Assembly (NCBI GenBank): GCA_041690035.1
Contig: JBDNFC010000046.1
Span: 726-64,725, forward strand
Length of the DNA stretch: 64,000 bases
Reading direction: 5' to 3'
DNA from: Bacteroidia bacterium
GTDB lineage: Bacteria; Bacteroidota; Bacteroidia; NS11-12g; UBA955
Part shown: piece by piece, positions 50,941-62,489 of the stretch
How positions within the stretch are numbered: the first letter of the stretch is position 1
Layout of the letters: every line of letters begins with the position of its first letter
Notes under the pieces: model-generated
Seen by the model: the letters and a program-made list of their open reading frames with translations, nothing else
Told to the model about the DNA's origin: nothing
The model's database searches: none
Made by a program: the position numbers and the translations under genes

Positions 50941-52148
50941 GTTATTTCATAATTAAGTGCTGAAAGTTGTTCCCAAAATTGAGGAAAAGATTTATTAACT
51001 GCTTCCGTTTGTTCTATACTGCAATGTCCAATTAGTGCATATTGAGCAAATGTCATTGCCAACCGATGGTCTTGGTAAGCATTAAAAATTAGCGGTTCAG
51101 CATCTATACTGCATCCTGAGATAGAGATAGAATTTTCGGTTATTGAAGTAATATTAACTCCCATTTTTTGCAATGCTTTATGGAGAATTAATAACCTTTT
51201 ACTTTCTTTATTGTTCAGCGTGCCAAGTCCTAGGGCGTCAAAAGAAAGGTTTTTTAATGCCATTGCAAAAATAAAATTCATTGAAATGTCTGGACAATCA
51301 GAAAAATCAATCACTTTTGGTATTTGTGCAATGTCACTGCCCAAAATAACGATTCCACCATGGCTTTTCTCAATACTAAAAATACCCATATCAATCCAGT
51401 TTTTTATAAATATCGAATCACCTTGAAGCTTTGAAAAATCTAAGTTATTTAAAAATATTTTTGATACTGGAGAAATGATTGCCATTGAAAAAAAGTAAGA
51501 AGCAGCACTCCAATCTAGTTCAATTGCATCATTTTTTACTTTAATTTCTGGTATTTTTGCTTTGATTGCAATACTTGTGTTGTTTTGCAAGATATCAAAA
51601 CCCTGTGTTTGCATTAATAAAATGGTTTGATTTATATACGCATAAGAGGTTTGAAATGGCGAAATTGATAATGAAAGTCCAAATTTGGGTGCAATAAGTA
51701 ATAAAGCTGTTATGAACTGACTGCTTTCAAAGGGCGGTAAAAATAATCTTTGGGTGCTAAATTGTATTCCTTTTACCAACAGTCCTTCTGGCTTAATGGA
51801 TATTTCTGCACCCCAACTGCGTAGTATTTCAATTAAGGGTAAAATAGGACGCTCCATTAATCTTTTATTGGCAAAAATCATGTTGTTAAACAATGGCTCG
51901 CTTGCTGCCAAAGCAAGCGAAAATCTAAATACGGTGCCTGCATCTTCTGCATAAACGCACTTGTTTTGTGCTATTGCTGTTGTGGCTTCCTGTGCCAATT
52001 TAATATCATTATTCAAATTAGTAATGTCAAAAATTATAGATTTATTTTGTAACATTCTTAAAAAAAGTAACCGGTTTGCTATACTTTTTGAGTAAGGCAA
52101 TGATACTGTTCCTTCTAATTTTTGTGATATATGTTTTAGGCTCAACAT
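50937..52148 (-). CDS. aroA: 3-phosphoshikimate 1-carboxyvinyltransferase (EPSP synthase)
   Basis: SKSIANR, AGTVFRF, SSQFITALLL, DWSAASYF, KESKRL, DHRLAM, VNKSFPQFW. Confidence 0.93.
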   Translation of the reverse strand: MLSLKHISQKLEGTVSLPYSKSIANRLLFLRMLQNKSIIFDITNLNNDIKLAQEATTAIAQNKCVYAEDAGTVFRFSLALAASEPLFNNMIFANKRLMERPILPLIEILRSWGAEISIKPEGLLVKGIQFSTQRLFLPPFESSQFITALLLIAPKFGLSLSISPFQTSYAYINQTILLMQTQGFDILQNNTSIAIKAKIPEIKVKNDAIELDWSAASYFFSMAIISPVSKIFLNNLDFSKLQGDSIFIKNWIDMGIFSIEKSHGGIVILGSDIAQIPKVIDFSDCPDISMNFIFAMALKNLSFDALGLGTLNNKESKRLLILHKALQKMGVNITSITENSISISGCSIDAEPLIFNAYQDHRLAMTFAQYALIGHCSIEQTEAVNKSFPQFWEQLSALNYEIT

Positions 52149-53149
52149 TTTTGGTAAGCTGCAATAGCATTTGCAATCATATCAATGCTTATGGGTTTCA
52201 GAACAAACTGATGCGCACCCGAAAAGACAATAATATTTATTTCGTTATTGCTGTTTTTTTTATCTTGATATAGAAAAGTTTCTATATCTACAATTGTTAG
52301 GTTACTCAACATTAATTTAGGAAAATATGCGGGTATAATTTTTTCTATTAACTCAAAAGCAAATGATTTTTTGAAATATTCTTTTGAAATATATGATTCC
52401 ATCCATAAACCCGCAGCTACACATAAGCCATGCAAAATTGGTTTACCTATTGCCAAAAAATGGCTTTCTAAAGCATGGCCAATGCTGTGACCTGCATTTA
52501 GCATCAATCTATTATTATTTTCTAGTGGGTCATTCTTTACAATACTATATTTTATCATCGCCCATTGGTAAATACTCTTGTTATCAATGTTTAAATCTTC
52601 TAAATTTATAAATTGCCCAGCAATAATGCTGTGTTTTATAATTTCACCTTTTGCGCTTATTATTTCAGTTTCTGGCAAAGTTTTTAAGAAAATAGCATCA
52701 CTATATACACCTATTGGAGGGTAAAAACTTCCAACAACATTTTTATTATGCATAAAGTTTATAGCTGTTTTTCCACCTATTGCTGCATCTACCATAGCGA
52801 GCAGGGTAGTGGGTATATTTATATATTTTATGCCTCTTTTGTAAATAGAAGCTGCAAAACCTGCAAGGTCTAAAATAGTTCCACCGCCCAATGCGATAAT
52901 CAAGGTTTTTCTATCCGCATTGATTTCTAAGAGACTTGAAATAATTTTATCGATATGATCCCAATTTTTTATATTTTCTCCTGCAATAAATGTAATAAAA
53001 TGTTGTACTTTTATTTTTTTAATAATTGGCCAACAATATTTTTTTGTGTTTTCATCACAAATTAATACACATCTACTTGCACTTGAAATTGCGATTACTT
53101 TTTCTAAATTAGAAACTAGGTCTTTACTAAATATTGGTTTTGGGTGCAT
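52142..53149 (-). CDS. aroB: 3-dehydroquinate synthase
   Basis: GENIKN, LGGGTILDLAGF, PTTLLAMVDAAIGGKT, LNAGHSIGHALES, HGLCVA. Confidence 0.94.
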   Translation of the reverse strand: MHPKPIFSKDLVSNLEKVIAISSASRCVLICDENTKKYCWPIIKKIKVQHFITFIAGENIKNWDHIDKIISSLLEINADRKTLIIALGGGTILDLAGFAASIYKRGIKYINIPTTLLAMVDAAIGGKTAINFMHNKNVVGSFYPPIGVYSDAIFLKTLPETEIISAKGEIIKHSIIAGQFINLEDLNIDNKSIYQWAMIKYSIVKNDPLENNNRLMLNAGHSIGHALESHFLAIGKPILHGLCVAAGLWMESYISKEYFKKSFAFELIEKIIPAYFPKLMLSNLTIVDIETFLYQDKKNSNNEINIIVFSGAHQFVLKPISIDMIANAIAAYQKC

Positions 53150-53153
53150 TGGC

Positions 53154-54152
53154 TTAACTTAGCAGGGGTTCTAATGCAGTAAATATTTTTTTAGGATTTT
53201 GTTGCTCGTAAATGATTTCGTACACAGCTTTTAAAATTGGCATGTTGCTGCCAATGCTCTCATTAATTTTATACATCGTTTTGGTGCTAAAATATCCTTC
53301 TGCTATCATGTTCATTTCCATTTGAGCTGATTTAACAGTATATCCTTTTCCTATCATATTGCCGAATGTTCTGTTTCTACTAAATTGTGAGTAGGCAGTA
53401 ACCAAGAGGTCTCCCAAATATGCATTTTCTTTCACATCTCTATACTGAGTGTGGCAGTCTACTAAAAATTGCTCCATTTCGCTCAATGATTTAGATACCA
53501 AAACGGCTTGAAAATTATCTCCATAGCCCAGTCCATGGCAAATACCGCAAGCTATGGCATATACATTTTTTAACACAGCTGCATATTCTACACCAAAAAC
53601 ATCTTCTGTTATCTTGGTTTTAATATACCTGCAAACTATTAAATCATTGAGCGTGTTTGCAAAATCATTATTTACAGAAGCAACTGTTAAATAAGATAAT
53701 TTTTCTAAAGCCACTTCCTCTGCATGGCAAGGGCCCGTTATCACTGCCAATTGATGCGCGCTAATGCCCCAATGATTAATGAGGTATTGTCCTACTACTT
53801 CATATGTTTCTGGAATGATGCCTTTTATTGAGGTGGCAATATATTTGTTTTCAAAAGCATTTTTAGGCAGTATTGAAAGTTGTCCGCTTAAAAATGCTGC
53901 AGGAGTGGCCAAAATGATAATAGTGTTTTTTTGAATAATAGACAAAAGATCAGTGCTTGGTTTTACATTTTTATCAAAAGCAATGCTAGAAATATAGTTA
54001 GGATTATGGCCAAAGGCAAGAATGTGATCTACCGCTTCTTGATTTCTCATCCACCAATCTATGGTGATATCTGTTTTTTCAGAAAATATTTTTACTAAAG
54101 CAGTTGCCCAACTTCCGCCTCCAATAATTGCAATTGATTTTATTTGCATCAT
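53154..54152 (-). CDS. gpsA: NAD(P)H-dependent glycerol-3-phosphate dehydrogenase
   Basis: GGGSWATAL, GPCHAEEV, LKNVYAIA, GDLLVTAYSQFSRNR, IAEG. Confidence 0.96.
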   Translation of the reverse strand: MMQIKSIAIIGGGSWATALVKIFSEKTDITIDWWMRNQEAVDHILAFGHNPNYISSIAFDKNVKPSTDLLSIIQKNTIIILATPAAFLSGQLSILPKNAFENKYIATSIKGIIPETYEVVGQYLINHWGISAHQLAVITGPCHAEEVALEKLSYLTVASVNNDFANTLNDLIVCRYIKTKITEDVFGVEYAAVLKNVYAIACGICHGLGYGDNFQAVLVSKSLSEMEQFLVDCHTQYRDVKENAYLGDLLVTAYSQFSRNRTFGNMIGKGYTVKSAQMEMNMIAEGYFSTKTMYKINESIGSNMPILKAVYEIIYEQQNPKKIFTALEPLLS

Positions 54153-54241
54153 AAAGCGCAAATATAATTTTTGTTTTGCTTAAACATACATGTTAGAGAA
54201 TAAAAACTACTTAGATTGCATTAGAAACAATCGATAAGGCA

Positions 54242-54886
54242 TTATTTTAGCAATATTTGATAACCTATATTTAATGTGAACGATGTAGGAATAGAAGTTG
54301 GCGCAACAGCGGTTTGATCACCCCATGTAAAATTTTCGGAGTTCAATTTGCCTTGAAAAAAAATCTTAGAACGATTGCCTAATATCAATTGATAACCTGC
54401 ACCAAAACCAAAATAAGGTCCAATTATAGCTTCCTCAATATTAAATCCGCCACCTGAACCTCCATAGTTTGCACCCAATCCAGGTTGATGGTATGTATAA
54501 GTCATAAATGCCAAACCACCTTCTCCTAAAAAATAAACCCCTGTTTCGTCTATACCTTTTGGATGAATATTATACCCAATAAATATATTTGAAAAAGTTA
54601 GCTTTTCTTTTGTTACTCTATTATAATTTGGTGTGCCAGATGGTGCCGAAGAAATTGGTTCAAAAACATCAATATATTGCTTTTGAAAAGGTAAATAATA
54701 ATTATAACTAATGCTTATCGGATGTTTCTTTTTAAATAAAAATGAGGAATTAATACCTAATCCATAAAGCCCAATTCCATACCCTGTTATTCTTGTTGCG
54801 TTGAGCTGAGTGCCTAAAAAGGTTTGAGATTTTGCTTTAAACGTCATTGCAATGAAAGCAATAGCCAATATTGTTTTAATTTTCAT
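54242..54886 (-). CDS. Putative 8-stranded outer-membrane beta-barrel protein
   Basis: Signal peptide; alternating aromatic/Gly strands (YFLGEGGL, FGFGAGYQ, LNIGYQI). Confidence 0.65.
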   Translation of the reverse strand: MKIKTILAIAFIAMTFKAKSQTFLGTQLNATRITGYGIGLYGLGINSSFLFKKKHPISISYNYYLPFQKQYIDVFEPISSAPSGTPNYNRVTKEKLTFSNIFIGYNIHPKGIDETGVYFLGEGGLAFMTYTYHQPGLGANYGGSGGGFNIEEAIIGPYFGFGAGYQLILGNRSKIFFQGKLNSENFTWGDQTAVAPTSIPTSFTLNIGYQILLK

Positions 54887-55000
54887 CTATTAGATTTGTT
54901 TTTAATAATATTTAAATCAAGAAAATATATTTTTTTAAACTTTCAAGTAAAAATTATCCACAATTTTTCCAACAAACTTATCTAAAATTTAAATCAAATA

Positions 55001-56455
55001 TTATTGTCCTTGAGCTAAACTAAAAGCTATTTTACCATCAAATTTTACTAGATTTTCAGTTTTTATGATGTCAAATCCAGCATCTGTAAGTTGTTTTGAT
55101 AGTTCTAAAACATCGTTATAAGTTACTGCTTTGTCCATTGCTGGGCTTGTAAATCTGCACCGCCAGTGGTCTGTACAAAATGTTTCTGCATTCCCTTTTG
55201 GATAAACTTTTACTCCTCTATTGGTAACTACAATAAGTTCTAAATTTCCTTCTTTAAAATTGATTAGTTTTTTGCCAAGTGTTTCAGCATTTTTATTATC
55301 ATCAGCCCAATGTAAGAAAATATCTACTCCTACAAGGGTTTTTTCTGCTTTCACAGTGTCTTTTATCTTGATATGAATTTTTTTGGTAGATTCTTTATTA
55401 TAATCCACAGATTTCAAGGTGTTTGGCCTTTGTCCTAATCTTGCTATCACTGCGTCTGCAAAACCTTGTGTACCCACTTTTTCTTTTGTTAATCCCTCTG
55501 TATATAAATCACCAGTATGTATGCCATCTTCTAGTGTTTTAAGCCAAGCATTATGGATGTTTTCTGCCACTTCGGGCTGACCAATATAAACCAACATTTC
55601 AATAGCACCCAATATTAAACCAGATGGGTTTGCAATTCCTTTACCTGTAATATCGGGAGCAGAGCCATGTATTGCTTCAAACATTGCAAAATTATCGCCA
55701 ATATTACTAGATCCTCCTAAACCCACAGAACCAGTTATTTGAGCAGCAATATCAGATAAAATGTCCCCATAAAGATTTGGTAATAAGATTACGTCAAATC
55801 TTTCTGGTGTGTCAGCTAATCTTGCAGCACCTATATCTACTATATAATAATCAGTTTTTATATCGGGATATTCAGTAGCCACCTCATTAAAAACATGGTG
55901 AAATAAGCCGTCAGTTAGTTTCATGATATTGTCTTTTACCATTATTGTAATACGTTTTCTGCCATAAGCCCTTGCATATTCAAATGCAAATCGGGCAATT
56001 TTTTCTGAACCTGGCCTTGTAATTAGTTTCAAACATTGGGTTACCTCATCTGTTTGTTGATGCTCGATACCCGCGTATGTGTCTTCTTCGTTTTCTCTAA
56101 CAATGACCAAATCCATAATGGGGTGTTTGGTTTTGACAAATGGGTGATAGCTTATGCAAGGACGTGTATTCGCAAATAATCCCAAAGTTTTTCTTATGGT
56201 AACATTCAAACTTTTATATCCTCCACCTGATGGTGTGGTTATTGGTGATTTTAAAAAAACTTTCGTCCTGTTTAATGATTCCCAAGCTTCCGGCTTTATC
56301 CCACTTGTATATCCAGCAAGATAATTTTTTTCTCCTATTTCTATCGTTTCAATATCAAGTTGGGCGTTGGCTGCAGCCATAATGCTGAGGGTAGCTTCCA
56401 TTATTTCTGGTCCTATTCCATCGCCATGTGCTACAGTTATTGGTGTTTTGGTCAT
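55001..56455 (-). CDS. icd: NADP-dependent isocitrate dehydrogenase (long type with C-terminal extension)
   Basis: [66 protein letters not shown]; start at 56455 follows the TATTTTTG promoter (56476-56483). Confidence 0.96.
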   Translation of the reverse strand: MTKTPITVAHGDGIGPEIMEATLSIMAAANAQLDIETIEIGEKNYLAGYTSGIKPEAWESLNRTKVFLKSPITTPSGGGYKSLNVTIRKTLGLFANTRPCISYHPFVKTKHPIMDLVIVRENEEDTYAGIEHQQTDEVTQCLKLITRPGSEKIARFAFEYARAYGRKRITIMVKDNIMKLTDGLFHHVFNEVATEYPDIKTDYYIVDIGAARLADTPERFDVILLPNLYGDILSDIAAQITGSVGLGGSSNIGDNFAMFEAIHGSAPDITGKGIANPSGLILGAIEMLVYIGQPEVAENIHNAWLKTLEDGIHTGDLYTEGLTKEKVGTQGFADAVIARLGQRPNTLKSVDYNKESTKKIHIKIKDTVKAEKTLVGVDIFLHWADDNKNAETLGKKLINFKEGNLELIVVTNRGVKVYPKGNAETFCTDHWRCRFTSPAMDKAVTYNDVLELSKQLTDAGFDIIKTENLVKFDGKIAFSLAQGQ

Positions 56456-56650
56456 ATTCGTATTTTTTTGTGGTGCAAAAATAAGCATATTGTGCGCTTT
56501 TACAAGGCATTTTTTAGATGTATTTGGCACAAATTTAGTCAACATTAGGTTTATTAGACTGCTATTCGCTTAGTATTAATTGGTTTTTTATGCGCAATGA
56601 AAAATTACTATTAGGCGTAGAATTTAAATAATAGTTAGCCAAGGCTATGT

Positions 56651-57202
56651 CTATTTTAGCTTTGTGTCTGACTGGCTAAAGAGCAATGTGAGCAATGCTT
56701 CAAAAGAAAAGTATGCTTTATTGGGGTATTTTGTTACCACAATGCGCATATTAATATATTGCTCTAAGTGGTTTGCAACCATTTCTAAAGAAATATTGCC
56801 AAAGGTGGTTTCTGGGTTTTTTAAAATGGCTGCATTTAGTTTGGGCTTTAAGTAATGCCTCTCTGTGAATAGCTTTACACCTCCATCTAAATGTGCTGTT
56901 TTTATGTCCGAAACATAATTGTAATATCCTTGATTTACAATGATTGTTCTCCAAAAATCAATGATGTTTCTAAAATCTAAAGTACCTGCTGTATTGCGCC
57001 ATAAAAACGCTTCATAGCCTTGCCCTTTTTCAAAAATACCCTCTTCAGATTGATTCTGGATTAAAAAATTTTCATAAATGTGTTTAAGTTCGGCAATGTT
57101 ATTTTTTGCTTCTTCTACCATCCACATTTGATAGGCATCTTTGAATTCAAAGTTTCTAATAAGTATTTTTGTGTTAATATTCAATGGGTTTATGTATAAC
57201 AA
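56651..57202 (-). CDS. Hypothetical protein
   Basis: 183-aa ORF with GYYNYVSD...ERHYLKP...FGNISLE; divergent from lepA; start uncertain. Confidence 0.65.
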   Translation of the reverse strand: MLYINPLNINTKILIRNFEFKDAYQMWMVEEAKNNIAELKHIYENFLIQNQSEEGIFEKGQGYEAFLWRNTAGTLDFRNIIDFWRTIIVNQGYYNYVSDIKTAHLDGGVKLFTERHYLKPKLNAAILKNPETTFGNISLEMVANHLEQYINMRIVVTKYPNKAYFSFEALLTLLFSQSDTKLK

Positions 57203-57317
57203 AAACGAAAATCATTTGGTTTTATTTCATAATTAAAAAAATATTGAATCTATTGCATCTTTTTTTGATAAATAAATTGCACTATTAATCCATTTAGCAA
57301 GTATCTTTGCCCCATTC

Positions 57318-59105
57318 ATGAATCATTTTCGTAATTTTTGTATTATTGCTCATATAGATCACGGCAAAAGCACCTTGGCGGACCGTTTATTAGAAACTAC
57401 TCAAACTATTAATGCAAGGCAGATGCAAAATCAGCTTTTGGATAATATGGACTTAGAACGGGAGCGAGGCATTACTATTAAAAGTCATGCAATACAAATG
57501 AATCATATTCATGAAGGGAAAAAGTATGTTTTAAATTTAATAGATACTCCAGGCCATGTTGATTTTAGTTATGAAGTTTCGCGTTCTATTGCAGCTTGCG
57601 AAGGGGCATTGCTTATTGTAGATGCTGCACAGGGCATACAAGCACAAACAATTAGTAATTTATATTTAGCTATAGATCATGGACTTACGATTATCCCGAT
57701 ATTGAATAAGATGGATTTGCCGGGGGCAATGCCAGAGGAGGTAAAGGATCAAATAGTAGATTTAATTGGCTGCGATAGAGATGAAATTATACACGCTAGT
57801 GGTAAAACAGGTTTAGGAATTCCAGATATTTTAGAAGCTATCATAAACCGTATACCTCATCCTATTGGTGATGAAAATAAGCCTTTAAAAGCACTTATTT
57901 TTGATTCAGTTTATAACTCGTATCGAGGTATTATCGCCTATTTTAAGGTGTTGGATGGTGTGATGACAAAGGGGCAGAACATAAAATTTATGAACACTGA
58001 AATGGATTATTATGCAGAAGAGGTGGGCGTATTAAAATTAGAGAATGAGCCTCGCCAAGAGGTGAGGGCAGGCGATGTGGGTTATATTGTGAGTGCAATA
58101 AAAAATGCTAAAGAGGTAAAAGTAGGCGATACCATCACCTCACTAGTCAATCCTACACTTGAGCCAATAAAGGGGTTTGAAGATGTTAAGCCAATGGTGT
58201 TTGCAGGCATTTATCCTGTAGATACCGAGGATTATGAAGAATTGCGCGATAGTATGTTTAAACTTCAATTAAATGATGCAAGTTTGGTTTTTGAACCAGA
58301 AAGTTCTGCTGCTTTAGGTTTTGGTTTTAGGTGTGGTTTTTTGGGTATGTTGCACATGGAAATTATTCAAGAACGTTTAGAGCGTGAGTATGGTATGACG
58401 GTAATTACTACTGTGCCCAATGTAAGCTATATTGCTTATACCACTAAAAACGAAATTATTAAAGTAAATAACCCTACAGATTTGCCACCACCTGACAAAA
58501 TACAAATGGTGGAAGAGCCTTATATTAGAGCCAATATTATTACTGCGGCAGAATTTGTAGGGCCTATCATCAGTTTGTGTATGGAAAAACGAGGACAAAT
58601 TGTTAATCAGGTATATTTAACCACAAGCAGGGTAGAGCTGGTTTTTGAAATGCCTTTGGCAGAGGTTGTTTTTGATTTTTATGATAAATTAAAGTCTAAT
58701 TCGAAAGGGTATGCGTCTTTTGATTATCATCAGATTGGCTATAAAGAAAGCCATTTAGTAAAAATGGATATTGTACTTAATAAAGAGCCAATAGATGCCC
58801 TCTCTGCAATAATCCACAGAGATAGGGCGTATGATTTGGGAAAAAAAATATGTATAAAATTAAAAGAATTGATTCCAAAACAGCAGTTTGAAATAGCCAT
58901 ACAAGCTGCAATAGGAGCGAAAGTAATCGCTAGGGAAACAATATCTGCCATGCGCAAAGATGTAACAGCAAAATGTTATGGAGGTGATATTTCTAGAAAA
59001 AGAAAATTGTTAGAAAAACAAAAAGAAGGAAAGAAAAGAATGAAGCAATTAGGCTCTGTAGAGGTGCCTCAATCTGCATTTATGGCGGTGCTAAAACTAG
59101 ATTAG
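57318..59105 (+). CDS. lepA: Translation elongation factor 4
   Basis: [63 protein letters not shown]. Confidence 0.99.
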   Translation: MNHFRNFCIIAHIDHGKSTLADRLLETTQTINARQMQNQLLDNMDLERERGITIKSHAIQMNHIHEGKKYVLNLIDTPGHVDFSYEVSRSIAACEGALLIVDAAQGIQAQTISNLYLAIDHGLTIIPILNKMDLPGAMPEEVKDQIVDLIGCDRDEIIHASGKTGLGIPDILEAIINRIPHPIGDENKPLKALIFDSVYNSYRGIIAYFKVLDGVMTKGQNIKFMNTEMDYYAEEVGVLKLENEPRQEVRAGDVGYIVSAIKNAKEVKVGDTITSLVNPTLEPIKGFEDVKPMVFAGIYPVDTEDYEELRDSMFKLQLNDASLVFEPESSAALGFGFRCGFLGMLHMEIIQERLEREYGMTVITTVPNVSYIAYTTKNEIIKVNNPTDLPPPDKIQMVEEPYIRANIITAAEFVGPIISLCMEKRGQIVNQVYLTTSRVELVFEMPLAEVVFDFYDKLKSNSKGYASFDYHQIGYKESHLVKMDIVLNKEPIDALSAIIHRDRAYDLGKKICIKLKELIPKQQFEIAIQAAIGAKVIARETISAMRKDVTAKCYGGDISRKRKLLEKQKEGKKRMKQLGSVEVPQSAFMAVLKLD

Positions 59106-59107
59106 CA

Positions 59108-60313
59108 TTGCACTATTTAAAAAAATTATTTACGAAGTCTTTTTCTCGTCCATTTTGGATAATGTGTTTAGGAAGTGTTCTGTTTTGCGCAAGTTTTCAG
59201 ATGGTAATTCCTGTAATGCCTAGTTTTATTGAAAAACTGGGTGGTGGTGCGTACAAAGGGTATCATATTGCCCTATTTGCAATCATGGCACTTATTAGCC
59301 GCCCATTTAGTGGTATCCTAACTGATAGAATTGGTAGGGTTCCGGTGATGGTATTTGGTGCTTTGGTTTGTTTTTTTGTAGGCTTTGGATATTTGTTTGT
59401 AAGCAGTGTGGCAGGTATTTTATTGCTTCGTTTTTTGCATGGCATGTCCACAGGATTTACCCCCACAGGCAATACCGCTTATGTAGCAGATCTTGCTCCT
59501 ATAGATAAACGCGGTTTAGGCATGGGTATTCAAGGCATGAGTAATAACATAGGCATGGCTATTGGGCCGTTTATAGGCGGTTGGTTATTTAATAAATTTG
59601 GATTTAATGCGGTATTTGGTTCTTCTATCATTTTGGCTATAATGGCTATTGCCACTTTTAAAAGTTTGCCAGAAACTGCTCCAAATCCTCAAAAATTTAG
59701 TCCTAAATTGTTAAAAATACGCATGTCAGATTTCTATGAGCCAATGGTATATGGCCCTTTTTTAATATGTTTTGCACTCAGTTTTGGTTTTGGTTCATTT
59801 TTAACAATTGCACCAGATCATAGCAAATTATTAGGGATAGAAAATTTAGGATTGGCATTTAGTGTGCTTACTATTTCTTCTGTGCTTTCGCGGTTTTTAA
59901 TTGCTAAATTGTCTGATGTTTATGGCAGGGTTTGGGTATTTAGAGTGGCTTTAGCAGCCATGAGTATAATTTTGTATTTTATAGCTAATGTTAGCAGTCC
60001 ACCATTGATGTTAGGGCTAGTTGCTATTTGGGGTTTTTGTCAAGGTGCATCTTCGCCTACTGTTTTTGCTTGGACCACAGATATTGCTGAGCCAGAAAAA
60101 AAAGGCAGAGCTTATGCAACAGTTTTTATTGGTTTAGAATTGGGTATAATTCTTGGGGGTTATGTTACAGGTTTTATTTATAATAATAACAGCATCAATA
60201 TCCCCATGGTTTATTATGCTAATGCACTCGTTTTGGGCGCTGCTGCTTCTTTTGTTTGGTTAATTAAAAGAGATGTTTTGCCCCAAAATGCATTAACTAG
60301 GGAATATCAGTGA
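59108..60313 (+). CDS. MFS transporter
   Basis: 12 TM helices; motif A RPFSGILTDRIGR and KLSDVYGR. Confidence 0.92.
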   Translation: MHYLKKLFTKSFSRPFWIMCLGSVLFCASFQMVIPVMPSFIEKLGGGAYKGYHIALFAIMALISRPFSGILTDRIGRVPVMVFGALVCFFVGFGYLFVSSVAGILLLRFLHGMSTGFTPTGNTAYVADLAPIDKRGLGMGIQGMSNNIGMAIGPFIGGWLFNKFGFNAVFGSSIILAIMAIATFKSLPETAPNPQKFSPKLLKIRMSDFYEPMVYGPFLICFALSFGFGSFLTIAPDHSKLLGIENLGLAFSVLTISSVLSRFLIAKLSDVYGRVWVFRVALAAMSIILYFIANVSSPPLMLGLVAIWGFCQGASSPTVFAWTTDIAEPEKKGRAYATVFIGLELGIILGGYVTGFIYNNNSINIPMVYYANALVLGAAASFVWLIKRDVLPQNALTREYQ

Positions 60314-60429
60314 AAAATTACTTGCAGAATTATCAGCATTATTGTTTATTTGAAAAAATAATTTGAAATAATAAAAAAATCAAAAATAATGGTTTTCAAC
60401 AAACTTAAATATTGCAATAAGAAAAATAA

Positions 60430-61431
60430 ATGAATCCATGTCCGTCAAATAAAACGCTTATCCTTTCGCTTACCTCCCTTTGGGCGCTGGTAGAGAGTGG
60501 TTTGGGAGGTATGATGCATGCCATGCATTTGCCTTTTACTGGTATTTTTATTGGTGGATTTGCTGTGTTAATTATTGCCATCATTGCACAATATAGCAAT
60601 AATCCAATGCAAGATTTGCTCAAATGCACACTTATTGTCTTGATTATAAAAGCTGTAGTAAGCCCTTACTCCCCACCAACATCATACTTGGCAGTCGGTT
60701 TTCAGGGTGTTTTAGGCGCATTTATATTTCAAAATAAAACAGCCTACAAGTGGGCGGTTATTCCATTTGCGGTATTATGTATGGCAGAGTCTGCTGCACA
60801 AAAATTATTGGTGCTGTTGTTGTTTTTTGGAAAATCTTTTTTTGAGGCAATTGACATTTTTATTCATTCTGCAGCACAATCTTTTGGGTTTACAAGCGCA
60901 TTTTCTTATAGCAATTACATTGTACTTATCTATTGTTTAATCTATCTGTTTTGGGGTGTTTTACTAGGTATTTGGATATTGAAAATCCCTAAGCAAATAG
61001 CGCATAGAAAAAATTGGTATAATGATATTACTACCAATGAAGCTAATATAAAAATAAGTAACCCAAAACAAAATAAATGGGCAGTTTTTGGCCTAATTGT
61101 TGCCATTATTGTGCTTGCCATAAGTTATAATACCGATATTCAATCGGGTTTAGCAAAGGGCTTGCATTTAATTATAAGGGCAGCATTAATTTTATGTATT
61201 TGGTTAATTATAATTTTGCCATTGTGGCAAAGTAAGATGCGACATTGGCTATCAAACCAAAAGTTTAATAACAGAGCAGATGTTTTGCTTGTCCATCAAG
61301 AACTAGATTTAATTAAAAAATTTGCCAAACCCTTATATGATAGAATAAGAGTAAAATATAAGCGAATAAGGTTAATTAAAGAGTTTGTTTTGGGCTTATT
61401 AGTAATTAGTATTTACAGAAAATATGAATAA
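60430..61431 (+). CDS. Uncharacterised integral membrane protein (ECF S-component-like N-half)
   Basis: About 8 TM helices; LWALVESGLGGMMHAMHLPFTG, IKAVVSPYSPPTSYLAVGFQG; overlaps next gene by 8 nt. Confidence 0.6.
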   Translation: MNPCPSNKTLILSLTSLWALVESGLGGMMHAMHLPFTGIFIGGFAVLIIAIIAQYSNNPMQDLLKCTLIVLIIKAVVSPYSPPTSYLAVGFQGVLGAFIFQNKTAYKWAVIPFAVLCMAESAAQKLLVLLLFFGKSFFEAIDIFIHSAAQSFGFTSAFSYSNYIVLIYCLIYLFWGVLLGIWILKIPKQIAHRKNWYNDITTNEANIKISNPKQNKWAVFGLIVAIIVLAISYNTDIQSGLAKGLHLIIRAALILCIWLIIILPLWQSKMRHWLSNQKFNNRADVLLVHQELDLIKKFAKPLYDRIRVKYKRIRLIKEFVLGLLVISIYRKYE

Positions 61432-61912
61432 AAACTTTAAGATATTGACTGGTCCTGTCCAATCTGGTAAAAGCGCTGCGCTATTTAATTGGTGCTTGAG
61501 CAAAAAAAATATTGCTGGTTTTTTAAATATTGATAAGAGAGGTTTAAGGTATTTATACGATATTTCAAAACAGGATTTTCATGCTTTTCAAATTGCAGAA
61601 AGGGCAAATGTAAAAGACATCGCTGTGGGTAAGTATATATTTGCATGGCAAGGTTTTGAAAATGCTAAAAAGATAGTTGATGACACATTGCCTATTAATT
61701 TAGATTGGATAATCATAGATGAAATTGGGAAATTAGAAATGCATGATCAAGGTTTTGAGCCTGAATTATCCAATTGGATCAAAACATGGAGCGCAAAACA
61801 ACAAAAAACTATCTTAGTAGTAAGGGATTCTCTCTTAGAATCCGTAATTTTAAAATACCATTTGCAAGGATGTGAAATATTAAACATAAATCAAATCTAT
61901 GAGTTGGGGTAA
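61424..61912 (+). CDS. THEP1/NTPase_1 (DUF2478-like) nucleoside triphosphatase
   Basis: ILTGPVQSGKS (Walker A), IAGF, VGKYIF, IIIDEIGKLE (Walker B), LVVR. Confidence 0.85.
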   Translation: MNKNFKILTGPVQSGKSAALFNWCLSKKNIAGFLNIDKRGLRYLYDISKQDFHAFQIAERANVKDIAVGKYIFAWQGFENAKKIVDDTLPINLDWIIIDEIGKLEMHDQGFEPELSNWIKTWSAKQQKTILVVRDSLLESVILKYHLQGCEILNINQIYELG

Positions 61913-62489
61913 AAATATAAATGCTTTGATATTGGCTGGGGGCGAATCTTTGCGAATGGGAATGGATAAAGGTGAATTAGTTTACCATCAAAAAGCTCAA
62001 AAATATCATTTAGCAGATATGCTAATTGCCATGGGTTTGCCAACTTATATTTCTATAAAAAAAACTATAGTTCAATCTAATGATTATCATTATGTAGTAG
62101 ATAAAATTGAAGATATTGGTCCTATGGCAGGAATTCACGCAGCGTTTACTACTTTTAACACAGCATGGTTAGTGCTTGCCTGCGACTATCCTTTGTTAAC
62201 CAACCATCATCTTGAAACATTATTAAAGCATAGAGACAAAAGTAAAGTAGCAACCTTATTTTATGATGAAATGTCAAATCAAATAATTCCTACTTTGGCT
62301 ATTTATGAACCGAAATTTTTTCAGTTACTTTCTAAAGCTATTGCTCAAAAAAATTATGGCATCCAATATCTTTTGAGACAACATGATATTGCCTTGGTTT
62401 CTGTTCAGGGAGAAGAACTTAGGAGTATAGATACTCAAGCGGATTGCGCACAAATAAAAAAAATTATAAATGGAAAATCAATCCACTAA
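61899..62489 (+). CDS. mobA: Molybdenum cofactor guanylyltransferase
   Basis: LILAGGESLRMGMDKG, GPMAGI, WLVLACDYP, PTLAIYEP. Confidence 0.9.
   Translation: MSWGKNINALILAGGESLRMGMDKGELVYHQKAQKYHLADMLIAMGLPTYISIKKTIVQSNDYHYVVDKIEDIGPMAGIHAAFTTFNTAWLVLACDYPLLTNHHLETLLKHRDKSKVATLFYDEMSNQIIPTLAIYEPKFFQLLSKAIAQKNYGIQYLLRQHDIALVSVQGEELRSIDTQADCAQIKKIINGKSIH

Noticed and set aside
54954-54962. Perfect DnaA box TTATCCACA in the icd downstream spacer, considered as oriC
   Set aside because: Only one consensus box with weak neighbours in a 114-bp spacer; no dnaA/gidA context; a GC-skew analysis would be needed.
60314-60429. Possible Moco/Tuco or cobalamin riboswitch upstream of the membrane protein-NTPase-mobA-fdhD operon
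   Set aside because: The 116-nt spacer is extremely AT-rich with no stems or conserved riboswitch motifs.
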